The translations under genes and the position numbers were made by a program. DNA of 63,614 nt, filler included, from Intoshia linei (lineage: Eukaryota > Animalia > Orthonectida): NCBI GenBank assembly GCA_001642005.1. It is 3 parts of 3 records of this genome, joined end to end, with 100 filler letters (N's around TTAATTAATTAA, not from the genome) between each part and the next. Parts side by side here need not be neighbours in the genome. Positions count along the whole stretch, not along the records: positions 29,549 to 58,450 come from LWCA01000399.1; positions 58,551 to 63,614 come from LWCA01001847.1; 1 more part is not named here. One strand, 5' to 3'. Numbering within the stretch: the stretch's first letter is position 1; each line of letters begins with the position of its first letter. The notes below the pieces were generated by a model, which had not been told where the DNA came from, ran no database searches, and saw only the letters and a list, made by a program, of their open reading frames with translations. This document shows, one piece after another, positions 51,359 through 63,614 of this stretch.

Positions 51359-54300
51359 AAATACATACTATTAAACTTATTCTATTGGCGCTATTTTTAA
51401 CATCGTTAATACAGGTAATATTTTATCGATTTCTGTAGCGATTGTAATTATTATTTTGATTTTCTTTATTTAAATTTTTTTCAACACTTTTGATTTTATT
51501 TAATCGCATATACAATGATATTCCAGCAAAAAGCTAAATATAGTTTATTATTTTGATAAAATAATGTACAATCTTATACATTATCTAATATATAAAATAA
51601 AAAAAATAATTACAGGTGAAGATATTGCAAATATTCTCATAATTATGTATCTAACAGAAAATTGTAAGTAAGTATATATCTTCAAAGCACATTCATATTT
51701 TTCAACACAAGAGAACTAAAACTATAAGTTAATATGAACTTAATGACAATACTCTTCCGACTATTGCAGATGGTACTTTCGAATTACCAAATAATAAAAT
51801 TTTATACATTTTATTCTAAATTACTTAATTAAAATGTGTAAATAAAGATGAATATAATACTTTGTCATTATTTGAATATAAAATTACATATAGCGCCATT
51901 TCCAATATAGCATATAGCAAAAACCATAAAAACCCAACGACATTTAGCAACAAAACCTAAATAGAACCTTAAATTAACATTTTTTATTACATGTCTTGTA
52001 AAAGTCGCTCTTAAAAAATTTGGTATTTTTAGATGAATACCATATAATTTTGAGAGCTTTTCACTCACATCAACGTCAAATTAAATAATTCCTATTAAAC
52101 GAACACACAAACAAATATTACGCAGCATATTATATAAGTAAAAATATAATTCATTTGTCATCTGTATTACTGTTATTTTTATTTTCAAAAATAGTTTTAT
52201 TAAAATATAAGAAAATTAAAATATTTATAAATTTAAATTTAAATTGAATTTGAAAATCGATAGCTACAAAACTTTTTGAATGAATGCGATTATCAAAATG
52301 TGTAAATTCTAGAGAAGTACTCTTAGTTATTTAAATACTTGGTTACAGACAGACGCACAACAAAATACTGAATTTCACTCAGTTGTATGTAACAATGACA
52401 ATGTAAAAAAGATACCATGAAATAAATTCGCCAGAAAAATACGTACTATCACGTTTAGTTAATTTAAAACAAAATTTTAAGCCGATAATTTTTATTCGTC
52501 ATCATAGATAAGTAGTTGTGGCTTTACATTTAACATCAAATAAACTAAAATTGATAGTGCGTATTTTTTCTGGCCACTTAATATGAAACTATAAATTAAA
52601 AAGGTTTACATCGTGAATGTTTACTTCAAATTTAAATGTTATTTTTCATATAAAAATAATAGATATTAAATAATTACAATGGTGTTAAATCGAATATGAC
52701 ATATGAAATATGCGAACCATGTTAATGCATGTATAATGATTAAAATGATCAAATAGTATAATAATAGAATAATTTCATTTTTTGATATTGTGGTTCTACT
52801 TGGATATCTTAATTCAAAATTTTCCTCCGAAAATAAATTTTTTAAAACGGAACGATTTTTATAACCACCAATGAGAATAACATTGTAAATTGTTGGTATA
52901 ATAATGAATAACTAAATTCATTATTTAGCTGTATATAATTATAAGTTTACCAAAGATATCAACAGAAATATAACACTCTTATCCTTGAAAAACATAATAT
53001 TCATTAGTACACAATATCAATAAATTTAAATTTTATTTACACTGTATGTGATAAAATTACATCATAATAAACTCTGTTAGTTTGTTTGATTAAGACATTT
53101 ATTTCCTTTGTATAATATTTGACAACATAAATAAATTGTAATCACTAAATGTTTAAATTTTCATTTTTCATTTAATTTTATTATAAGGTTCAAAAATATT
53201 GATTGATAAATATTAAGATGTCCTGATCTGGATTTTTAATTTTAAAAAGATATTCGAAAGTTTGATTTTTAAATCGGTAAGGTTTTACCTAGCGTACTAT
53301 ACCGAAACACGGTCGATTTCCGACCGTATGCTTAGTCATACCACGACAGATATCTTCCTTTTAAATTATAATGTTTATTAACATTTAAAAATTACATTTA
53401 TTAATATACAAAAATTATATAATTTTATTGTATACTAGATGACTGCATTTTAAATTTTTGGAGTCTAGTATTGACTGGCCAAAATTTACGAAATAGTAAT
53501 GCAGTTGCTGCCAGATACTAAAAATATAATTATTAACCAAATCTATCACGTTAGATATCAAATTCTAATATAGTAAACATATTAAACATCAAACCGTAGA
53601 ACGTCTGTATAACATAACAAAAATTTTTATAAAAAGTACTATGCAATTTAATTTTATGGCATTAGTTACACAGTTAGCTACATTACAATCATAAAAAGAA
53701 ATATATTAAAATTCAATAATTTAAAAAATAAGTTACGTTATTTTTATAGTTATATCATATAGTTATATATTATATATATATTATAGTTAACAGTTATATA
53801 AAGTTAAGTTGTTCAAAAGTTCTACTGTGGTCGAATTATAGAATCTATCCTTCAAAAAAAATGTAGATTATTAAAAACTTACTGGCTGATATTTGCCTAC
53901 CCCTCATTTAAAGTAGGCTCATTATAATTAATATATTAATTTATAGATTTTTCTTTCATTACCGTTGATGTTAAACATATCAACCTCATAATAATATATC
54001 GATAATGAGAAACATTGTATGTGTAAATAACAAGTGCACATCCATCTACAGCTGCACAATATAACTAAATAAAATATTATTAATTATCAGAATAAGAAGA
54101 AACATACGAATTACTTAATAAAATAAGCATGCATTAAATTATAATTTAAAAGTTTATTTGAAGACTACATGTATATTGACAATATAGACAATTGCACTCT
54201 GAATTAAAAAATTCAAGCATTTTGGGGTGCTAAAACATTTAATTTATCATTTTTAATAATTTCACCGACTGTTATTCTACCAAACACTTTATGCATCACT

Positions 54301-54405
54301 CAATAACAGTAGAATATGGAGACTATTGCAGCGTTTTATTAAAATTAAACTTCATGATAGTTAAAAATATTATATGGTAGCCTCTCAATGTTATGTCTGT
54401 TAGAC

Positions 54406-54858
54406 CAGTGGTTCCCAAATAGGAGTCTTGGTCCCACTACACAGGGGCCTACAGAATCTGAGGGAGCCCACAGATTTAAAGAAAATTTTAAAATTAAACT
54501 AGAATCGTTAACATTAATTTGATTTAGTATTTAATATTAATTAATATATTCTTGAAATTCTGATTAATTTTGGATTATAATAAATTTAAATGTTATAAAC
54601 CCTTACGAAACAATAAAAAGACCAATCATAAATTTACAATTGTTTGCATACTAGGCCCTAGTAACTAGGGTGTCAACAATATTAATGTATGATTTATAAC
54701 AAAAATAAAACCAGTAATATTAAAAGATAAAATTTTTTTAATCTCTGTTATAATATAATAAACATATTCACTACTATATTTTGTACTAATTGATCTTCTC
54801 TAAAAATATTTGTATACGGTTAGGGGGGATCGACAATATATTTTTTTGTGAACGATTG
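54406..54858. mobile_element. hAT MITE
   Basis: Ends CAGTGGTTCCCA and TGTGAACGATTG. Perfect 8-bp TSD TGTTAGAC at 54398-54405 and 54859-54866. Sister of 27349-27782. Confidence 0.9.
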
Positions 54859-56737
54859 TGTTAGACTATCTTGTAAATAAATTTATAGACATTTCTATAA
54901 GTAATCGTTGAATGATTATATGATCAATAGTATATTAACAAAAAACGTTCCGTCTCAAAATCATTAAAAATTAAATATTTCAGCTTTAATAGAACCCTAA
55001 ACAATATTATTTTAAATTTTTACCTCTCCAGTTATGGTTTCTGGAATATATCTATTTTTTATTATTAATAACAGTCTGTACAATGTGTCCTACAATAAAT
55101 TAATTGTTTTATGTGAATATTATAATATTTAAAAATTGTTGTAGACACTTGAAACTTGTCAAAATTTTTGTGTGCGACCACCAGATCAAATATAAATATA
55201 AGTCATTCTCGTAATGAATCTTTTTGTGCATCGTTTCTTAACCTGGATATCAACACCCCTAGTGGTTTAAAACAAATTATTAGTATAGAAATTAGGCTGT
55301 CCTCCTTTCTTCTATACCAAAAAGCCATTTTCAACGTCTATGCAAATTTTAATTTTAACTGTGGTTACATACAACTAACCTTCACAAATAATTTCCATAA
55401 ACTGAATATATTATCAACTCAAAATTAATGATATAATTTATTTTAAAAACTTAATATATATATTAGGGTGATCACTTTCCTAAAAAAATTATTCAAATTG
55501 GTTGATTTTAGACCCGGCCACTCAACATTATCATTGTATACACCTAACATACATTGTATGTTAGGGTATTACATTTTTTCAAAATTTGAGAATTTAAAGA
55601 CGATTAGTTCATAATCTGTTCATTTATGTAATATTAAGAATATTTCGAAGTAAAAATGGATATTGATGTGAATTTGATCATTTTAAATCTCTTATATAAA
55701 AATGTTCTAGAAAAATTATAACTAAATTTTATTTGAGTCGAAACGAGATATAATTGAATATCCATAATTATTGACCATTTATTTTCTGGCCCTCATATTA
55801 TCTTATGCATTCTAATTTTATAAATTTAACAATAAATGATTTATTTTGGGTTTTAGAAATAGGAAAAATCCTTTAAAATTATATGTATTCATAAATTTAC
55901 ATTTTTTTAACATAATTAACCCTTGTAAAAACCTCAAATGAATGATTTAAGGTTACATTTAAAATAATATCATATATAATATAGTATGGGCGTCAGAATA
56001 TTAATCTAATATCCTTCCTTATATATAAATGTATGTATGTATATATGTATATATATAATACCTTCGCTTATTAATGTCAAAGGGTATATGAAAGTGATCA
56101 ATTTTTCGAGTGTCTACTTAACTTACATATTTAGTTTGTTCCAATATAAAAAATATAGAGTAAACCAGTGCAAGGGATATGTTTAATACTATTAACTAAA
56201 ATTTAATGTTTCAATAAAATCTAAATATGAATATATAAAATATAATAAACATTATATTCATAACTAAGTTGACTGTTTAGTACTTCTTACAAACAGTATC
56301 TAGCTCTGCCGAGTACGGTCTTTTTTAATCCTGCCAAAAATATATTCAATAATAAAATCTTACCTAAATGCTATTATTCACTATTATCAATACTTTAAAT
56401 AAGAGTTTAATAGACGTGTTTCACCATGGACATGGCGTTTCACATTATCATTTAATTTAAACTGAATTATTCTTACTTAATTTTATTTTGTTAACATCTG
56501 TGTGAAGAAGTTTAAGAACAATTTTGTGAAACAATTTTAATTTATTAATGATAATGAAGGTAGGGTAGCTTAGTGACTGGTCAAAAAAATAAAACTGATA
56601 TAAAAACACAAGCTATTAATATAGAATTGGTGTATTAAAAAAATATGTCTTAATCCAAGTATGTGCCCATCAAAACAGGGCATTTTAATTATTATGAGAA
56701 TACATATTTGATACATTGGCTCATTTTACTGGTCATA

Positions 56738-57242
56738 TTAATATGGATTGAGACTCTTTGATGGATGATCTTGAAAGGTATTGTAATTTGTCGATGGGTG
56801 TGTGGGTTTACGTTTAATATTAAAATTGGATAAGACCCAAAATGTTGACAATGTACATAATAACTATCAAATACTAATAATTAAAATACTAACATATAAA
56901 ATCTTGTCAGATAACAATAGATACATGATCCAAGTAATTATATTGATTGTCAAAAGCACACATACATATCCAAGTAAAAAATAAGATTCATTCAATAGTA
57001 TAATTTTTCTACTACTTTGACTGATGGGTTTTTCTTCTATGGTGAAAAATTTTCTATTAAATTTCACATTAGAATAATTTGTCAATAGAATCACATTGTA
57101 TATACTGGCAGTGAGAATGGTAAACTAAATGATTGGAATTATTATTGTATAAGTTGTTTAGTTTGTTCATAATAATAGCTTGTAGATTTAAATAATTTTT
57201 AGATAATAATAATAAAATAAAAGTAAGTAATAATTTTTCCAT
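56738..57242 (-). CDS. Small hypothetical membrane protein (about 126 aa, 4 exons)
   Basis: Exons 57242-57106, 57053-56894, 56863-56812 and 56769-56738, joined by 52-, 30- and 42-nt GT-AG introns in consistent phase. Signal-peptide-like MEKLLLTFILLLLSK and hydrophobic YFLLGYVCVLLTINIITWIMYLLL. No recognised homology. Confidence 0.55.
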
Positions 57243-58450
57243 GGTTTTTTGATTTTTCCGTGGTTAAATATACAGTAGGTGTTAACCTAGTTAACGAGAG
57301 AAAAAGTATTTTTGCCATATGAGTTCATTTTGTATTCTCTACAAGTATGTAAAATCTTCGACTTCAAATGTTAACTTAACCCTCGCGAAAAACCATAAAA
57401 AGTTAAAAAATAAATGAAAAAAGAGTAGTAAAGCGCAGTAAAAATAAATATAAATTGAATATATTTATATCTTTAAAAATGTGTATTATCACAGTCGTTC
57501 TCAAACGTTTTTAATAAGGGTTCCTTCAAATGCAATCATATATAATTTTTTTATAATGCAAATTTTAAAAGATTATCTTTATAATTACATAAAAATACAT
57601 TTTAAAGTTAGTTTTAGTGTATTTATAAAATTTATGTACTATAGACATTAGGGTGTCACACCCATCAAAGAATCAAGGGGAATTAGCACTAAAAGTGTGT
57701 ATTGATCATAGAAAACTAATTCGCAATTAAAAACTTTTAAATATCACTTTAAAAATATTATTGAACTTTAACTGGTTAAATTAATAAACAATTTCAATTC
57801 GATGCATGGACTTCTAATGATTTTTTTAAATTTTATTTAACTGTTAATATAAAATGACATTAATCAGTAATCCTAAAATAATAATTATTACATCATTATA
57901 CTATATATATAGTATATTAATATATACATCCTAAATAATTATTTTACCGAAGATAGACATAATAATAGTAATGCAATTTTCTTGCTTGTGTACATTTTTA
58001 ACTGTTAAAGTATTTTATAGTTACTTTATTTTATTAAGCAAATATCTTATTTTTTACTGGTTTTGTTAGTTTATGCAACACGTAACCTTAATCATGCAAA
58101 GTAAAAGTTGTTTTGTACATGTAAGAAACACAATATGTGTTTTAGGGTGTCAACATTTTACATTTTTTTTAGATTTTGCTTGCCGCTCAGGGCTAATTCA
58201 GTTATCATCAATAAATTATTAAGAATGGCTCAATTTTAATATATATAATTAAGGATTGAGTCCGCAAGAAGACATTAAAAATTTCAGAAAATTTTTAAAA
58301 AATAACTTTATTTTAATACATTTACAATATTATAAATCATTATTATATAAAACATTTATTATTGATACTATTAGATCGTTTCATAAGTAATGTCGTTTTT
58401 TTTAACAAAATTAAAAAGTTTATTTGATTACATTAAAAATAAATTTATAT

Positions 58451-58550
58451 NNNNNNNNNNNNNNNNNNNNNNNNNNNNNNNNNNNNNNNNNNNNTTAATT
58501 AATTAANNNNNNNNNNNNNNNNNNNNNNNNNNNNNNNNNNNNNNNNNNNN
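58451..58550. other. Assembly spacer (N44-TTAATTAATTAA-N44)
   Basis: Same 100-nt construct as 29449-29548. Confidence 0.97.
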
Positions 58551-59289
58551 TACAACATTTTCAGAAAAATTTTAAGAGCAGAACGAAATTTAGTTTATGG
58601 CTTATATAACACTGTCAGGATTCGAATGATGTTTGTCATTGTCTGATTAGATCTTAATCTTGAGATATTTCATTTTTAAAGTGTATATACACACTGTGTC
58701 AATTTATTAGGCAAATCTAAAAAATTAAAAAATTCGTTCCAAAAAGTGGACTAAATTAGTATTTGGTAATTTGTTGAAATGACATTGTAACAAATGGACT
58801 TTAAAGCTCATAAAGCATCCTATTTTATGGTATTGTGACAATAGATTTTTTATTATACATATTATATTATACGATCCATTGAATTTAACTTTTCCTTGAT
58901 GTAGATTAAAATGATTTTAAATATTTTTTGAAAAATTACTAACCTAGGACATCAGAAATAACATCTTAAAATGCCATCTAGGCTTGTAATTCCTCATCGT
59001 CCAGAGCAGCTTCAAATGTTGTATTTTTACTTAACTGTCTGATTTCTAGGCCGTTTAAAACACCTTGTAAAAGTTGTAATTTTGATTTATGAGGAAGTGA
59101 TTCGCTAAAAATTATTTTTCACCGGGAATGGGAATTCATAGATTTCTGGGGTTGAAATTTTGTATTTATATTAACTGGAATAAGCTCTAACAGAATAATC
59201 TTCTTTTTTTTTATTTTTTAGACCGTTAATTATTTCACATTTTTTGTTTTAATAAAATTATGAAAACTAAAATGCTTTTTTGACCATAA

Positions 59290-59801
59290 AGGCGTCACTT
59301 ATTCAGATTGAAATTTTTTTGTGTGTTTTACAGGATACAATTGTACCACCTGTAAATTTTTTTAAATTATAGGGTGTTTAAAATGTTTTCATTAAAAAAA
59401 ATAGAGTAATTTGGTGGTTTGGCCCTGAAGATATATTTTTTTAAATTTATGATAATATTTATGATTTTAAAATCCGTATCAGAGTATATATTTTTTTAAA
59501 TTCTCGAACACGTTTGATTTTCAAAAATAAAGGACAATTGGGCTTTTCGACCCGTANAAAATCCGTATCAGAGTATATTTTTTTTAAATTCTCGAACACG
59601 TTTGATTTTCAAAAATAAAGGACAATTGGGCTTTTCGACCCGTAAAATGTTAGTGTGGGAGGTTGAAATTTATTTTGCTAACACCCCCAGAAAAAACTGT
59701 AATTCAAATGTGGACTTTATAAAATTCTAAAATTAGTAGTTATTGAAATAAACGGACACACACAAACAAATATTGCATAGCATATTGTATATATAAGGAT
59801 T
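59290..59801 (-). repeat. Helitron-like family copy, 5' portion
   Basis: Reverse complement of the 38932-39240 block, ending ...GGACACACACAAACAAATATTGCATAGCATTGTATATATAAGGAT. Confidence 0.6.
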
Positions 59802-60685
59802 TACATGTTAAGAAAATATACAATTTTTATAGTTGTATCATACAACTTGTATGTATATAATTCGTAATAGCTTTATGGTATTAATTTAATTAAAATATCT
59901 GTTAGTCGTTCATTAATGTTTAAATAAGCCGGAAGCATTATTGCGGTCTTATCGTTTGATATTAGAAACACAATAAAAACCGATAAATAATTATAATACT
60001 CCATGAAATATAGCATTAATTTTCAGTGCTATTTCAACTCATCGTTTAATTATAATTCTAGATCAGTGATTTCCAACTTGGGCGTGCGCCCCACCGGTGG
60101 GGCTTGTGAAAATTTTAGAAAACAAAATAATTGATTAGTTATCAATGATTTCTATTTTTACATGCGTTTTATTATATTTTAAATGAGAAAAGGTATTATT
60201 CAAAAATAATTATCAAAAATTAAATATTTAGTGTAGTTCTTATTTTTTTAAGCTCGAAAATATGAAAAGAATAAAAATTTATAATAAACACTAAATTAAT
60301 TATTCACAATTTTACTTAATTAATTAAAATTTAACAACTCAAATGTTATTCTACATTAAAAACGATTAATTGAACTTTCTTCGTATTTCCTATAATTAAT
60401 TTGATTATATGAGTAATTAATACTCTTACTCTGCATATTTAAATAATAATTTGATATTCTATGCCCTTGAGTACCCTTATAAACTTTTTAAATTTTATTT
60501 TTGTTAATCAAAATTGAAAATTTTGGCTCGTGGCCTATCAGAAATTCAATTATATGGAAATTATATCGACCCTAATACACAGTGTATACAAATGTAAACA
60601 GTTTATAAATTTAACAAATAAAACAAAGATATACAGTTGGTAATTTAAATAAAAACAAATATTAAAGTGAAATAAATAAAATAAA

Positions 60686-63066
60686 TCATCTTAAAGCATA
60701 GGATAATTTCAAGGGCGAATGTTTTTCCTAAATTATTAAATTAAAAATAAATACACGTACTATAAATTAAAGATATTTACCTTAATTTTTTGCTTACTAC
60801 AAAAAATTTTCCAAAACATCAGAGTTTCATCATTCGAAGCTGTTACAACAAGTTCGCCTAAAGGTGACAATGCACTACAAAGTGGTGCATCTGTGTGTCC
60901 CGTCATTCTTCCCAACACATCAAAATTATTGAAATTCCATAATGTCAAATTATGATTACTACCATTTACTGTAATCTAAAATGCATCAATTACGAAAATC
61001 TAATTCAAATTTAAAAAGAAATAAAAATAATACAAATTCATTTTGAAAAGGATTCCAAATAAGATTATATATTGGAGAATCAGTTTTTTTGTGCTTCATA
61101 AGTTTTGACATGTTGGTATCAAAAATAAAAATATTCCCATCATTATCAGTAACATTCAATAGACAATAAAAATGGGGTGACCACGACACAGAGCTAACAA
61201 AGTTTGTTGTTTGAGTATAAACATGAATGGGTTTCCAACTACTACCCATTTTTTTTAAAAAGTTATAAAACTCTAATTTCGGTTGAGCTTTATTATCGTC
61301 ACAATAGCAAGAATATTCATTACATATATCCATATTTTTAAAATGTTGATTATTTTCGTTTGACAAATCTTTTGAACCTTTCAAAATATTTTTATAATCA
61401 CTAGCAGAAAAAGACCATACCGCTGCTGTTTTATCTAAACTTCCTGAGGCGAAATAATTCCGATCCGGTGACCATTCAATGGTACATATGGAATTAGTAT
61501 GGTGAATGTAATGTCGAACAATTGATTTATGTGGTTTCCTTATTACTTTCGTGTAAGGATATAAAATGTCTTGATAATGACATTTTCCATTTAATTTTAG
61601 AGATTGACTGCATTGATTAGACAAAATTTCTTGAACAACGGTGCGAATATGTGAATAAGTACAATGCACATTTTTTCCTCTCAAACAGATGACTAATCGC
61701 GTATCTATAATATCAATGTGTCCTTTTTTCGTACCAACAGCCAACAGAGACCTATTCCAGTCCATTACAGTAATTTCCTCATACGGTTTAATTTGTCCAA
61801 TTAAATTTTGTGGATCGGTTGACCAAAATTGCAATGCCTTGTTCATCCCTACAGCTAAAATTTCACCGTCTTCCGACCATTTCACTGCCATTATTTTTAA
61901 GCTTCCAACGTGTTGTTCAATGATAAATTTATCGACAACGTTAGTTTCTGCATACCAAAAGTAAATATCATTGGATAAAACTACAGCAATCATGTTCTTA
62001 ACACTCCAGTCCAGCATGTGAGAGCAAAATTCTACATTTAAGCCTGGTGCATCAAGAGTTTTCGACGATGAGTCTGGGAGATGACGACGAATGTTTGGTT
62101 TGATTTTCATTACGTTTAGACAATTTTTGGTCATGTAACCACTAGATGGAATTCTTTCTGGCACATGTTTCTTTTTATCATTATAATTTAATATGGATTC
62201 GTTCAATTCATTCGGATGTTCATCCCCTTCTAATGGAGGGTTTAAAATTTCCAAATTGTACTGAAGTGCTTTTGAATAGCGAATAATATCTTCAGGTGGA
62301 TAATTTTTTGTATTAGATATAATAGGACTTTTCATGTATGAAGGTTTTGCGGGTGTGACTGTATTTTTTGTATCATACGTTTCGAAAGAACGACTGTCCA
62401 TAAAATGCGTCAAATGTCTATATGGTGACAAATGATGTAATTTACCACGAATTAAATCAACTTTTAAATTAGTATCATTATTAAAGTTATTTAAAAGTAA
62501 TTTTTTTGTAATTGGAATATTTGATTCATTCATATTGTTTATATCTTCAAAGTCCATTTTGTTCATTAAGTCTAGTTTTTCAAAATCAATTTTAGGGTAT
62601 GCTTTTTTCAATAACTCTTTATCATTTTCTGGGTATGTTTCTGGTTTAATATTTTCAATTTTTTCCAGGTTTAACCGTTCAACTTCATCGCTGACTCTAC
62701 ATTTCCATATTGGACGGGTTTTTGATTTTCTATCAAACATTAATTTATACATTTTTTCTCGTCGTTTATTGTATTCTTCATTCTAAGTTTGGTTTTAAAT
62801 TTTACAATAATTTTATTAAGAGTAATCTTAATTTATTAAATTTTATGTCTGGTAATTATAAGTAGACTATTGTCTAGTAAGATAATTGTCTATATATACA
62901 CTAAAAATTGTCACTTAATAACAATGTTAAAAATTTGTATAATTACTATTGGAACATTCCAGTCGCGTAAACCTGAATAGTATACATTTTTATTAATACC
63001 ATGATGCATATATCTATGTCCCGTTTTATTCATTTTTCGATTAGTTTTTCTTTTAGTTGGATCCAT
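60686..63066 (-). CDS. Divergent Cdc20/Fizzy-family APC/C activator (WD40)
   Basis: RHLPDSSSKTLDAPGLNVEFCSHMLDWSVKNMIAVVLSNDIYFW and GHTDAPLCSALSPLGELVVTASNDETLMFWKIF are Cdc20/Cdh1 signatures. The spliced last exon EKHSPLKLSYALR* gives an IR/LR tail. Phase-consistent upstream exons MDPTKRK...HHG|LRDWNVPI|NEEYNK extend the ORF; a further exon from 63487 is possible. Confidence 0.88.
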
Positions 63067-63614
63067 CTTCTAATTTAATTTTTTATCGTTTAATTATACA
63101 CATTAGGGCTGTTCGTTTTTCACAAAAGTCCACCCCTACCTTGAAGAAAATACTTAAAAACCCATAAAAAAATGACTGTAAAAACATCTAACCTTTTTGA
63201 ATTTTAAGGTTTTGGTACGCTTTTTCTCCTTTTTCTTAATTGGCATCAATAATTTTATTTTAAACATGGATACGATTAATGTACGACCCACTAAGACATA
63301 CCAAATTTGGAGTGAAAAAATGAAATATTTAACCTCACACAGGGCGTTTTTGTAATATTGGTCAAATATAAAAATTATAATTCATAGACTTCAGTAGATT
63401 TAAATATAATTTAATTACTCGATCGTTAATTGACAATTTATTCCAATTTAAATCTATTTCAAAGTTGTAGTCCATATCTTCAGCCATGAAAAATTTTGAT
63501 TATCTAAATTAAATTAAATATATTAATTTAAACAATATTTGCATGATTAAATTAAAGATAAAAAAATACTTGTATTATATTGAAGAATATAAATATGTAT
63601 TGCAAAAACAAATA

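Noticed and set aside
51868-55428. Short ORFs at 51868-52068 and 55156-55428, also 22842, 39781 and 42669
   Set aside because: Low-complexity AT-rich translations, mostly non-ATG starts or within repeats, with no splice-consistent partners.
59468-59645. Near-exact tandem duplication of about 88 bp
   Set aside because: The copies are separated by a single N at 59557, typical of an unmerged contig overlap.

Overview
A very AT-rich eukaryotic (animal) genomic window, not prokaryotic. Most introns are about 30-55 nt GT-AG, and the genes sit among many decayed DNA transposons. Compact introns, composition and gene content would fit a reduced invertebrate parasite such as the orthonectid Intoshia linei; this is inference and cannot be verified here. 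Two 100-nt N-spacers containing TTAATTAATTAA (29449-29548, 58451-58550) split the window into three contigs. Segment 1 holds a dense gene block: TOGARAM1/crescerin (+), POC5 (-), NSRP1/CCDC55 (+), ANKEF1 (-), a 7-exon extended stathmin-like gene (-) that the ORF track mostly misses, an intronless divergent MCRS1-like gene (-) and the 5' half of PPM1G (+). Segment 2 holds the 3' exons of an MRPL21-like gene, a nest of integrase and hAT remnants, an apparently intact 11.6-kb neprilysin (M13) gene with TE-filled introns, a pseudogenic partial duplicate of it, LTR-retroelement debris and a small orphan membrane-protein gene. Segment 3 holds a highly divergent Cdc20/Fizzy-family gene with an LR tail and no canonical C-box. 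TEs include four Tc1-family remnants (one with a spliceosomal intron just before the first catalytic Asp), pogo-type MITEs, several hAT elements with verifiable 8-bp TSDs and a dispersed Helitron-like family. I found no convincing wholly new system. The best leads are the extended stathmin, the atypical Cdc20 paralog, the intron-bearing Tc1, the TAACCTGTGTC-ended hAT-like element and a possible tightly spaced co-directional (operon-like) three-gene array. All homology calls are from remembered motifs, not database searches.
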